Source of the DNA: Dirinaria sp. TL-2023a
Taxonomy: Eukaryota
Assembly (NCBI GenBank): GCA_051941275.1
Contig: JAVEBF010000075.1
Span: 1 to 33,179, forward strand
DNA length: 33,179 bases
Direction of reading: 5' to 3'
The notes under the pieces are model-generated. The model did not search any database and was not told the origin of the DNA. It saw nothing but the letters and a program-made list of their open reading frames with translations. This document shows, piece by piece, positions 12,706 to 23,682 of the stretch (positions are counted from its first letter, which is position 1; the number at the start of each line of letters is the position of its first letter). Position numbers and translations under genes: made by a program.

Positions 12706-14499
12706 TCAGGGCACTAGCTCGTCGTCTTCTATCTTACTATGATCAGTAACTTGAGTTCGTACAATTTTCGGTACTTCCAGCACCATTGCGCCGTTCTTTC
12801 CCTCAACCTTGATCCACCGCCCTAGTCTATGCTCTCTACCTGTAGCAATTACAATGCAGATCCCGTGCATGCCTCTATCACCTCGCTCGAAGACACCGAT
12901 ATCATTCATAACACCTCGAATCGGCCCGTCTGGATCTCCCTCGTTAGCCGGATTCTCTACGGTCTCATTGATTTGCGCAACCACCCCTACGGCACCCATG
13001 GCTTCTATCCGTCGCTTGTCGCCACTGACTCGCCAGACGCGTACATTGCCATCCCAGCTCCCACTAAGTATGAGGTCGCTATACGGAACGGTTGCAAGTG
13101 CAGTAATCCACCGAGGCTGCGGCTCTCCTGGCACCTCCTGGTCGGGCGTTTCCTCCGCAAAGGCTTCCTCGGGCTTCAGCGGAGGGTCCAGACCGTGTGC
13201 TACCGGCACTGTGAAAACCGGCTTCTTTTTATGTAAAGTCCAAAGCGATAGACTTCCGTTGTCGGAGCCGGTGACGAACATCTCTTCGTCAACCAGCGCA
13301 ACCCGGTCGATGCTCCCTTCTGCAAATGATGCAACTGCTTGGCCTGAACCTCTGTTCTTTTCAGAAACCCTACCGCCACCTCCCCGAAATACTAATTGGG
13401 TCTCCTCCACCACTTTCCACAACCTGGCTGTCCGGTCTCTTGCACCAACGCTAACGCATTGCTCTTTGGCCAGAGCTGCTACGTCCACAACCTCATCTTG
13501 ATGTCCAAATAGCGTTTCCACATATGCTAGGTCATCCAAGCTCCACGTCTTGATCGTACGATCCTTGGACGCAGAATACAGTTGGTTTGTGCCGCGGCGG
13601 AATGCAACGCTTGTAATTGCATCCCGATGTTGCGTAAAAACTCGAAGTGGTGTTAGGTCTTCAGCGGACCAGATTATAAGACGCTTGTCCGCGCCGCCGG
13701 TAGCGACGAATTTGCCGGAGCCGGAGGCGGCAATTGCCAGGATAGATGCCGTATGGTGCATAAAAGCCGAGTCCCCGGCCTTACTTTTGTTACCCCGCGT
13801 ACTCAGTAGTCTCGTGGGACGGCGGACTTTTGGAGGGTTCGTTCTTTTGGGGGGTTTCCGTTGTTTTGCCTCAGCGTGTGAGGGGCTCGGGGTGGGAAGT
13901 TCCCACTTTATGAGTGAGATGTTTTTGGATACCGTGTAGGCGAAAGGAGGGCATACGGCGATAGAAGTAATGGTGTCGGTGCTGATGCGGAATTGAGTTT
14001 TTGTTGCTTGAGGGAATGCAAGATCCGTTACAATATGGCGATAGAGGCGGCCTTTGGTGTCGGCCTTGAAAATCGGTTAGCGGCGAGCAGTCATGCCAGA
14101 ATCCGCATTTTTTCATACAACGTCCTCTTGAAGCCGTTCTGCGATCAAATCCCTATCGATTTGCTCCGCGTCGAAGCCGGCTTCATCCACCTCGCCCTTG
14201 ATGTTTTCCAAATACTGCTCTGCAAGACGTAATCGACGTTCAGCGGCGGTCTCATCTTCCGAGCCGGAATCACTGCTAATAATATCCTCCTCTTGGCCTT
14301 TTGAAGCTCTGCCCGTATCGTCCTCGGAGCCGCTGCTCGATATAGATTCATCTCGTTGAGGTCTCTGAGCCCCAGCGCGCTGAGGCCCTTTGGCGTTGCC
14401 CCGGGCAGTCGTGGATCTTTTCTTGGTGATGGGGGGAGCAGAGACATCTTCGCGTTTCCGTTTGCGCTGTGAGGCCGGAAGCGTGAAGAATGACGACAT
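12706..14499 (-). CDS. RRP9: U3 snoRNP-associated WD40 protein Rrp9/U3-55K (579 aa)
   Basis: N-terminus MSSFFTLPASQRKRKR, 'ETAAERRLRLAEQYLE' and 'DAEQIDRDLIAERLQEDV'. Intron 14118-14065. WD40 repeats include 'YVETLFGHQDEV', 'ARLWKVVEETQLVFRG', 'WITALATVPYSD' and 'GREHRLGRW'. Confidence 0.95.
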
Positions 14500-14775
14500 G
14501 GAGCTCAAAGAGCAACTTTCCTTGCACCTTCTTCGGAGTACAGCTTTACTTACATTACCTACTTTAGCTGAAGGGTCGGAGGGGGAACTTTTTTCATCTG
14601 TGTGGAAGGCGGTCCTCCGGTCTTGGCGCTCTCGCCGAAACTTGCCCTTTCTGGCGTCCTTTCTAGGCCCCCCAAGCTCACGCGTATCTTCATGGAGCTC
14701 GACCCACTTCCATCATTCTTCCCAGTGCCTGAAATTCGCTTTCTCGAAGCTATTTCATCCCCATAATCACCTACA

Positions 14776-15631
14776 ATGTAAGGCCGGTCAATACGGAAAC
14801 TATACATCGGACTGACATAGCTCCAGGGAGGTCTTACTTGGTATCACAGGCAAGGATTTCACCATCCTGGCCGCCTCGAAAGCCGCAATGAGAGGTGCAA
14901 CTATTCTCAAGGCCTCCGATGACAAAACGAAAGAACTGAACAAACACACTCTTATGGCGTTCTCTGGTGAGGCTGGCGATACTGGTGTGTAGGACGTATT
15001 GGGCTAGAAAGACAATCAATAACGATTGTCAGTACAATTTGCGGAATACGTACAAGCCAACATTCAGCTTTACTCCATGCGAAATGATACCGACTTAGGA
15101 CCCTCGGCTGTTGCAAGCTTTGTACGTGGAGAACTAGCTAAGAGCTTGAGGTCAAGAAAGCCGTATACGGTCAATTTGTTGCTGGGCGGTCTGGATCCAA
15201 TAACGAAGAAACCGAGCTTATACTGGCTCGACTATCTGGCGGCGCTCGCACCCGTTCCTTACGCAGCTCATGGATACGCTCAGTAGGTCATTTCCCTCGA
15301 AACATGGGCAGATTCAAGAGTCAAGTTCAAAGCGAGAGAGAATGTGGCTAATGCAATCTGAAAGGTATTACTGTCTATCTATACTGGACAAACATCACCA
15401 CCCCGACATCGACTACGAAAAGGGCATAAAGATACTGCGAATGTGCACAGATGAACTCAAGAGAAGGTTACCTATCGACTTCAAAGGCGTAAGGCGCTCC
15501 TTGAGCAACAGTCCCAACATAATTGGCGCGCAAGGCTAACAATGAATTGGTAGGTGTTGGTCAAAGTGATTGATAAGGATGGCATCCGAGAAGTCGAGTA
15601 CGATGATAGCAAACCTGTAGCAAGTGCATAA
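14776..15631 (+). CDS. PRE1: 20S proteasome subunit beta type 4 (Pre1/PSMB2), 203 aa; start codon split by intron 1
   Basis: Exons 14776-14777, 14827-14984, 15033-15282, 15365-15488 and 15554-15631 give [12 protein letters not shown]...[20 protein letters not shown]...[12 protein letters not shown]...[19 protein letters not shown]...[23 protein letters not shown]. Confidence 0.95.
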
Positions 15632-15945
15632 AATGGCGTTTCAATTGGTAGCAAACCTGTGAATCCACATCTCCATTTTGGCAGCTTGATCTAGCATCGA
15701 TTTCTGTGAATGTCCGGACTCTCTTGTAATTTAGTGATTGGTTTACAGTAGATCGCGCTATTCTTTCAGGTAACAGGTACCTGAGAGGTTATGAAAGGCC
15801 AAATCTGTCCACGAGGTCGGTACTTACCTCAGGGTTTAGGCTTGTAGATACACCTCATGATCAATCTGAACCCTAGATTGTATAACATTCAAACATCCCA
15901 TGCGTACCTGTTGCAATCGCTGCACAATCTCATAATCGCCCAACA

Positions 15946-17705
15946 ATGGCTAAACGACATGCAGATGAGCCGCTAGAGAATGTCGTGGCTAGGAACTCTC
16001 CAGCTTCCAAGAAAGTTCGTGTAGACGAGCCGTTCGATATAGCTGTGACAGCCAACGGGTACGGTGCTATTCCTGGTACTGCCCAAGTTTCGACAAATGG
16101 ACATAGGCCTGAAGCCGGTGGAAGAAGCGGAGGCAGTATACTGGCAGCCGCCGTGGATGAAGAAGAGGAACTTGAACAGGCAGTTCCCTCACCAGACCAG
16201 GATGAGGCGCGCGAGGATGAATCAGCATACTCGACTATATCACGCCAGACCGCGCCTCTGGAAGGATACACCGATCTCTACCTGGATACAGTCGATCGAT
16301 CTGTCCTCGATTTCGATTTCGAAAAGTTGTGCTCGGTCACGCTCTCGAATATCAATGTCTATGCCTGTCTTGTCTGTGGGAAGTATTACCAGGGTCGAGG
16401 GCCTAAGTCGCATGCTTATTTTCATGCGCTGGAGGTTGGACATCATGTTTACGTGAACATGCAGACGAAGAAGGTGTACGTACTACCAGAAGGGTACGAA
16501 GTGAAGAGTAAGAGCTTAGAAGACATCAAGTTCGTTGTAGATCCGAAGCTATCGAAGGAAGAAGTGAGCAAGCTAGACAAGGAAGCCAAGGACGCTTGGG
16601 ATATCAATGGCAAGAAGTATAGACCAGGTAGTTGCCCCGCGTGGATCAAAGTCTCCCACAGTATCTAACAATTTCCACGGCAGGTTTTATCGGCATGAAT
16701 AACATCAAGGAGAATGACTACTTTAACGTTATAGTTCAAAGCCTAGCCCATGTTCCTCCGTTACGCAACTTCTTCATGCTCGAAGATCTCTCTCAGAAAT
16801 CGGAGCTCGTCCAGCGCTTTTCTGTGCTCCTCCGGAAAATCTGGAATACCCGTGCGTTCAAGACACATGTTTCTCCTCACGAGCTCCTCCAACAAGTCTC
16901 CCGCCAGTCAAACAAGAAGTTTGACCTTTTGCACCAGTCGGATCCAGTCGACTTTCTCAGCTGGTTCCTTAACAACATGCATTTGGCCTTGGGAGGCAGC
17001 AAGACAAAACCAGGAACTAGTATAATACACCGTGTCTTTCAGGGAAAGCTCAAAGTCGAGAGCCAGAAAATCACAGCGAAAGCGGACGTGGGTGACCGGC
17101 TACGTTTCGAGGAAGCCGCAGAAGTTACTGTTGAGACGATACGGTACTTGATGCTGACCCTCGACCTGCCCTCTGCGCCTTTGTTTCAAGACGAATTAGA
17201 CAAGAATATCATACCTCAGATTCCCTTAACCTCGATTCTTTCAAAGTACGACGGCCTTAAATCTCAAGAAGCTACAAACACCCGGAAGCGCTATCGCCTA
17301 CTGCATCCTCTCCCGCCTTATCTCCTATTGCATATAAAGCGCTTCAGCGTCAACAAATTCGTGTCGGAGCGCAACCCCACCATCGTCACCTTCCCTGTCC
17401 GCTCTCTCGATATGTCACCTTACGTGGAGCCGAATCCGACGGTACATCCGCCCGGTGAACCGATCTGGTATGATCTAGTGGCCAATATAACACACGAAGC
17501 GGTGCGGACGAGAGACGATAGCGTCGAGGGAGAAGCGGAGCGGAAAGTATGGAGAGTGCAAGTCAAGGACCGAGCGCGAGAAGAGTGGCTAGAAGTGCAA
17601 GATTTGTTTGTGGAAAGAGTAGCTACCGAGACCCTCTTCACCAAAGAAAGCTACCTGATGGTTTGGGAAAAGAGAAAGGAGGGCAAGAGCAAAGGGGCAG
17701 GGTAA
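15946..17705 (+). CDS. SAD1: U4/U6.U5 tri-snRNP protein Sad1/USP39 (ZnF-UBP plus catalytically inactive USP domain), 567 aa
   Basis: 'LYLDTVDRSVLDFDFEKLCSVTLSNINVYACLVCGKYYQGRG'. Intron 16628-16683. The Cys box reads GMNNIKENDYFN (Asp replaces the catalytic Cys); 'FKTHVSPHELLQ' and 'ERNPTIVTFP' are also present. Confidence 0.95.
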
Positions 17706-18372
17706 ATCTGGATCAAATCCGATATATTGCTCTGCCTGAGCTGCTGGTCAAATCGTACCGTCTCCTCAAGAACAATCCTCACAACATTGTGAACGATCCA
17801 GGAACAAGCCGCAGAGATTGCTTACACCGTTGCCAACGCATTTGACGGAAAGGTCAGCCATGGTGGGTGCTATAATATTTAGAACAGCCTGGTCCCACTT
17901 ATGGAAGTCTAGTTCTTCGAGATCGAAATTTGTAGCGGTGAACGAGCTTCACGTGAGGCAGAACGGCACAGACTTGAGTTGCTCGCTATACTGGTTGACT
18001 TGGCCGCTGGTAGATTGCCTTCGCAGAGTGGGAAGTGGGAAATCGAATATGCCATGTGCAAAGCTCGGGCGATGCGGTGGCGCAATTGTGAGATCTGGTC
18101 CCAGGATACCGTAAATAGGGGCGCAAACGAGGGTTTGTTTCCTGGAAACCAAGCATACACAAACGGTCTTTGGACTGCGAGATGGCTTTACGGTAAAAAT
18201 GTGACTTGAAAATTATTTTTCCATCATTTAAGGGTTACTTCTGGCCTGTGTAGGTACTGTAATTTAACCGCTCGAGTCTTTTGGGTATACTATGCATAGT
18301 TATACACAACAATGCGCTGCTCCACGGCCAAACGCCCTTAGCAATGTCGAAGCGGCCATCTCCATCACTGTG

Positions 18373-21040
18373 TCAGCTGAAAGTGCCCCAGCCGAACCTC
18401 TTGCGTCCTAGCAGCCAGGCAGCACCCGTACTGAATTGCCAGATCCCCATGCCGACCGCCAGCTCAAAGACGCCGCACATGGCCATGTTCCTAACGTAGT
18501 TGCGGACACCGCCAGAACCTGTGCCCATCCCAAACCAGCTCCGTAAGGGAATCACCTGATCTCGCCACCGCGCTGCTGGACTTGAAGGTCCGCCGCTCGC
18601 GGAAATGCTGAGGGAGCTCAGAGCCACCGAGCGCACAAACAGCGCTTCCAGGGGCAGGAAGATGAGATCGGCAAGGTGGGTCGAGAAATGCATGGCGAGT
18701 GTGTCGGCCATATGTGCCGTCAGAGCAGTCACGTGGTGGTGCTGGATGTCTGCTACCCGGGAAGTGTTAGCGTAAAGAAACGTCACTCGAAAGATGTTAT
18801 AATCGTTGACCCTCAGCTTTGGGTGATTGCAGCTGATCTCCAACGAATAATGTTATGATCGACCAAATATCCAATTGACTGCTCCAACAACGCGAGGCAC
18901 GTGATAGAGGAAATGCAACTGAGATATACTCGTCGTATCCTCCAGCTTCTCTTACCAAACAAGCAACGTACTTACAATCAGAAGTCTGCCGAGTGTCCTG
19001 AAGAAGTTCATCATCAATCGCGTGAGGCGCCTCGTCCCCTTGTCCAGGCAGGTCTGCGATGAATGCTGCTTGCAGTTGTTCGCCCAAGTGCTGCGTGTCA
19101 GGCGACTCGACCAAGTCCGTGGCAGATGACGGCTGCGGCTCCTGCTCCTGCGGTGGGGACGATTGCATGCCGGAGGAGAAATCTACAACGCTGTTACCAC
19201 CGCTCGGTTGAAGCCTATTACCAATCGCTTCTCCCATGTCCATTTGCTGTATATCTCGTAGTTCGGGACCTGGACAACCTTCGCTTAGCGGATCATGCAC
19301 TATTTCGGGTTCTGGCTCGATCAAATTCAGCCATTTTTTCAACACCAAGGTCGCGTCCTCCAGTTTCCAAACAATCCTTTGGAAGTCGTGCTTGATCATT
19401 TCTCTGAACCCTCTCCGACCTCGCCGTAGGCCGAGGATATGGAAGTGGGTGAGCTCGGCATTAAAAGCTGCTTCCATCGAATCGTGGTCTGGGTTCGATG
19501 GACTGGGTAGAGCGTTCCTGATGTAGATGAAGAGTCGCCCGTCAAACCGTTTTTTTATTCGCAGCAGTACCCAAAGCAACGGTAGCGGTGACAGCAAGAA
19601 GGAGATACCACCGATGTGAAGCATCGAAAAGGCGAATTGCGCTGGCGGCGCGATGTTCAACGTAGCCAGCCTGACCGAGGCTTTCAGATGTGGGAAAAGT
19701 GGCCAAGCGTGGACCAAATCCAGGCGCTGAAGGGTTGCAAAAAGTTCCAGTGGTGTAATGACCATGAAAGCAAGCAACTTGAGGCTAAAGTCCGTAGTGT
19801 TCAGCGACGCAGACTCTCTTTCTCACGCCTTTTTTGTGCCACTTACACTTTCTCCGAAACATCCATGACCCTGCTGATCCGCTGCTTGCGAAAAGGAGAC
19901 TGTATGCGCCATACAAAACGACGCATCAGATCGTTGTAAATGCTTCTCAAGCACTGAGGTATGGCATTTTCAATATATCGAAATGCCAAGCTAGCTACTG
20001 TTCCGGCAAAGAGGAAATGGACAGCACCGAAATGTTGCCATTCGGTCCTAACAATCGATCCGAAAGGGACGCTCGAGTAGAACCCGAAGACCTAACAACC
20101 ATGCTTTAGTCCGTATTGAAGCCACGGTCATTCCATATTATCCAGATTACATACTTGCATACGTTGCCGTAAGCCTAACAAGCACATGTTCGATATCGAA
20201 AATAAAAACCAGTCGGTCGTCGATAAAAATAGCCCGTACTCATTCTCCTTCATAATTGCTCTAATGGCAGGCCTCAAGTCGTCATCCTCCTCCACACCCC
20301 CATGAGCAACAATAGACTTCGTTCCCTTGTTCACACGTTCACATACACCAATCGTTGTTAGAACCTCATTCTGAGCCCTTCTCGACTCGCGAACCAACTC
20401 TCGGGAGATAGAGTTTTCAGGATGGCCCTGACGGTCGTATTGCTGTGCACTTTCAACGGACCGGTGTATTGGATCGACATTTTGGGAAGGGTTCGCTGGG
20501 TCTTCGGAAGAGGATGAAGCTACTGGCGGTTGATGTGCCGAGCGACCCTATAATTGCCCATCAAACATGGTCACAAGGCTTTCATGGCTCAAGGCAGAGC
20601 AGGTGTGTGATTAGATAAGTGTCAGATATGAAGTGAATCATGGGTACTGTTCAGAGAAGAGACCTCTCATGTAGACGCTAGTCTGTCCCTTTGCACCCAA
20701 ACGTGGGGTCTTAGGGAGGCTCTTCAAGCGTTTCGTTTTACCCCTGCCCTAGGTTGATTAAATGCGCAAGATGCGTTGCACGACCACTCAAAGCACAAGT
20801 CTCGTATTGGCTCCGCAGGGTTGAGCTGCTCTAATATAATGTACAATGCTTCTAGAACCTTTGTAAGGCCCCAACAATTCTTGAAAATCTTCACGGGATG
20901 GGATAGCACAGATGAGAAGAGCGAGAAATCGAAGACACGCATTCGCTGGATTTTGAAGCATGTCTGAAGTTGCTAATCATAAGGACAAAAAAAGAAGAAC
21001 TTACCAGTACTACACGGGTCACATAAGGTTGTCGGCCCAT
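18373..21040 (-). CDS. Uncharacterised multi-pass membrane protein (620 aa); probable snoRNA host gene
   Basis: Exons 21040-21005, 20547-20155, 20091-19847, 19784-18976 and 18752-18373 splice in frame with GT..AG ends: MGRQPYVTRVVL|GRSAHQP...QYDRQGHPEN...RRAQNEVLTTIGV...HHVTALT...PLEALFVRSVA...GRKRFGWGTFS. Several hydrophobic segments are present. Introns 1 and 4 are 457 and 223 nt long. Confidence 0.75.
18792..18940 (-). ncRNA. Candidate intronic box H/ACA snoRNA (about 149 nt)
   Basis: Hairpin-hinge-hairpin-tail layout inside intron 4. The 5' hairpin pairs GAUaCGAC/GUCGAUC, AUAUC/GAUAU and CAGUUG/CAAUUG. The H box AUAACA is at 18856-18851. The 3' hairpin pairs CGUUG/CAACG and UCAGCU/AGCUGA around an internal pocket. 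ACA is at 18797-18795, 15 nt from the top of the pocket. Confidence 0.65.
20645..20961 (-). ncRNA. Candidate structured intronic RNA (possibly a long H/ACA snoRNA) in intron 1
   Basis: Three closing stems (AUGCUUC/GAAGCAU, CCCUGC/GCAGGG, GAAGAGCCUC/GAGGuCUCUUC) are separated by ANANNA-type boxes (ACAUUA or AGAGCA, then AAACGA), with ACA at 20650-20648. Confidence 0.35.
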
Positions 21041-21064
21041 GAATAGCCTTTTGTTTATTTTCCT

Positions 21065-21109
21065 TTCTTCTTCTTCTTCTTCTTCTTCTTCTTCTTCTTC
21101 TTCTTCTTC
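21065..21109. repeat. (TTC)15 / (GAA)15 microsatellite
   Basis: Perfect 45-bp trinucleotide run 24 nt upstream of the minus-strand ATG at 21040. Confidence 0.95.
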
Positions 21110-21660
21110 AAGCAGAGGTTATTTTCAAGGGTAGAGAAGACGGTGTGAGCGCATGTTGGTACCTCAAGTCCTCAATCGTACTACCCTTGTACCTGGAGGT
21201 ATGTCATGTACTTACCCTTATCGACTTAGGCTCACCTTAGGGTTTGAAATCAGCCGCATCAAACACGCCTTTGAGCAAATTTGCGGTATGACGCAAGCAA
21301 CCGCGAATTGATGCCTTGCCTAAAGTACTGTATGTACTTTACTTTTGTTATAAACTTCACTACTGCCAGTACCTCACTGCTTGCACACTAAAGCAAGTTA
21401 GTTCCCCCAGAAAGAATCTGAGGCCATGGACCCCTATTTTACACAACGGCTGCGCTCGCAGAACACTTGACAGAGAAGAGAAATCCTTGTCAACTCCCTC
21501 CCCCAGTCCACATAGATAGGCCGTCCATCTCACCAATCACTTCAGTGCCAGTATCATCTACCCTCCACGATACCACTTCCACAATTTGGCCAAGTGAGAC
21601 AGACAGCACTCTTGTCCCTATAGTCGGCTCCTGAGGGTCCAAGCTGCGCAAAAAGTTACA

Positions 21661-23427
21661 ATGGACGATGACGCTCTTGCAAGCTTCACCTCCATAACAG
21701 ACACTACGCCTGAAAGAGCCCAGCAGTATCTCAGTCTGACCGACGGCAACCTTGAACAAGCCTTTGAACTGTTTTACGCTAACGATGGAGCTGACCTGGA
21801 AGGTACCACGTCTTCGTCAAATGCGCAACAGAGTTCGCAAGCGCCTACAATACCGCCGCCCTCTACCCGTTTCCCCGGCCATGGACAAGCATATGAAGAT
21901 GATCAAGGAGTTGTTCACATAGATTCTGAATCTGAAGAAAATCTATCTGATGATGCGCAAGTGGGAACGTCTAGCGCAAGAAATAGAGGACAGCCATCGA
22001 GCGACGGCCGAAGGTCTATACCCCATGCAGGCACAACAACACGTAGCGGTTCAGGCGGGACCGCTGATCAAGACGAGCTGATGGCGAGAAGGTTACAGGA
22101 GGAATACTATGGTACTGCCGGGGTGGGCGCAGGTGAAATAAATTCAGATGGAGTAAGGGCACCGATAGCGCGAACCACAGAAACATTGGTCGGACCTGAT
22201 TCATTCGACGCCGGCGATGATGCCGAGATGCGCGCAGCCGTGTTGAATCAAATGCGTGCGCGAAGACAACCAACACCACGTCGTAGGTTCAGACCTATGT
22301 TTTGTTGAATGCTGTTGACGTCTGTATTAGACCGCCCGGGTATCTTTAATCAGAGTACCGCAGATTCCATCTGGAATGAATCCGAGAATAATGAAGCCGG
22401 CCATCGCTCTAGACTTGCACGCGCTACAGCTGGAGCCTCAGAATCGTCTTCAAAATCGAACATGCTTGCCGAAATGTATCGGCCTCCGTTCGAGATCATG
22501 TCACGACTACCTTGGGACCAAGCACGACAGCAGGGAAAGCAAGGAGAGAAGTGGCTCCTGGTAAACATTCAAGACCCTTCGATCTTCGATTGCCAGGTTC
22601 TAAATCGAGACATTTGGAAGAACGCTGGGGTCATGGAGACGGTGAAAGAAAATTTTATATTTATGCAGTATGCCAAAGACGATCCGCGTGGTAGTCAGTA
22701 TATCCAGTATTACTTTCAAGGTCGAGATAGCGCAAGCGCATATCCCCATATAGCCATCGTGGACCCCAGGACTGGGGAGCAGGTTAAGGTGTGGTCGGGC
22801 TTGCCAGCCCCAAAGGCTCCAGAATTTCTGATGCAGCTACACGAGTTCCTTGACCGTTATAGTTTGAAAGCATCGGCCAAAAACCCGGTCGCAAAGCGGA
22901 AACCAGAAGCTCGAAAAGAGACTCAAGTCGATAAAATGACGGAAGAGCAGATGCTGGAGATGGCCATGCAGAATAGCCTGGCTCCTCCAGAACCATCGAG
23001 AAGGGACAGTGACCCCGACATCCTGACGAGAAGCGTGGATCATTTGGAGTCAATCCATAGCAAGATCACGGAAGGAGACGCGGTCATGGCCGAAGCCGAA
23101 GCTGAAGCTACTCCCGCCAATGCCTCCAAGGATTCTGCATTCGTCGCTATCTCTACTTCGAATCTGCATACAGAACCGCCGCCGGATGTTCCTAGCACAC
23201 GTATTCAGTTCCGTCATCCGAATGGTAGAGTAGTACGCCGCTTCGCGCTTTCGGACCCTGTGAGAAGAATATACGAATGGTTAAAAGCTAGTCCCTTGGA
23301 GGGTAAAGAGGGTGTGGAGTTCGCACTGACTTGCGTCGGGAGGAACCTCATGGATCATCTCGACTCCACTGTCGAGGAAGCGGGGCTGAAGAATAGCACG
23401 GTAATGGTGGAGTTCAATGAATCGTGA
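21661..23427 (+). CDS. UBX5: Cdc48/p97 adaptor UBX-domain protein (Ubx5 / UBXN7 family), 572 aa
   Basis: N-terminal UBA-like domain (FTSITDTTPERAQQYLSLTDGNLEQAFELFY) and 'VRAPIARTTETLV'. Intron 22283-22330. UAS/thioredoxin-like domain (KWLLVNIQDPSIFDCQVLNRDIW...YPHIAIVDPRTGE), UIM (MTEEQMLEMAMQNSL) and C-terminal UBX (TRIQFRHPNGRVVRRF...AGLKNSTVMVE). Confidence 0.9.
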
Positions 23428-23682
23428 ACATACTTAGCATCTCCTCTATGTCGATTCGAAGTCGAGCACCGACGAGATGCATTTGACGGAGCATGGGCTC
23501 ATAGATCATTCCATCCGCTTGAGAGCATAGAAAGCCCGTGGCATAGTGTTGCAGCAAACTGTTTGGTAGGAATCTCAATCACTGCATCGAGTCGAAGCTC
23601 GATGAGGTCGTAGTTGTGCAACATGCCTACATCTATATGTCCCACGCATGTCTAGTAGAATTACATGGCCGTGGATCAACTT

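Noticed and set aside
12809..13501. Long antisense ORFs (e.g. 230 aa opposite RRP9; 251 aa at 6975-7730)
   Set aside because: These are shadow frames of real coding sequences, with no independent protein features.
14692..14766. Alternative PRE1 start (ATG GAG CTC...)
   Set aside because: The frame closes at TAA 14764-14766 and has no suitable donor site; the split AT|G gives the conserved N-terminus.
15820..15860. TACTTACCT resembling the U1 snRNA 5' end
   Set aside because: No U1 stem-loop I (GATCACGAAG-like) or Sm site follows; it belongs to the promoter motif clusters.
16684..17705. Missing catalytic Cys in the USP domain, suggesting a pseudogene
   Set aside because: Sad1/USP39 is a known catalytically inactive USP, and the reading frame is intact.
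20632..20641. 10-nt complementarity (AUGAUUCACU) to 5.8S rRNA, suggesting a C/D snoRNA guide
   Set aside because: The nearest CUGA is 6 nt away, which breaks the D+5 rule; there is no canonical C box, and a 10-nt match is expected by chance.
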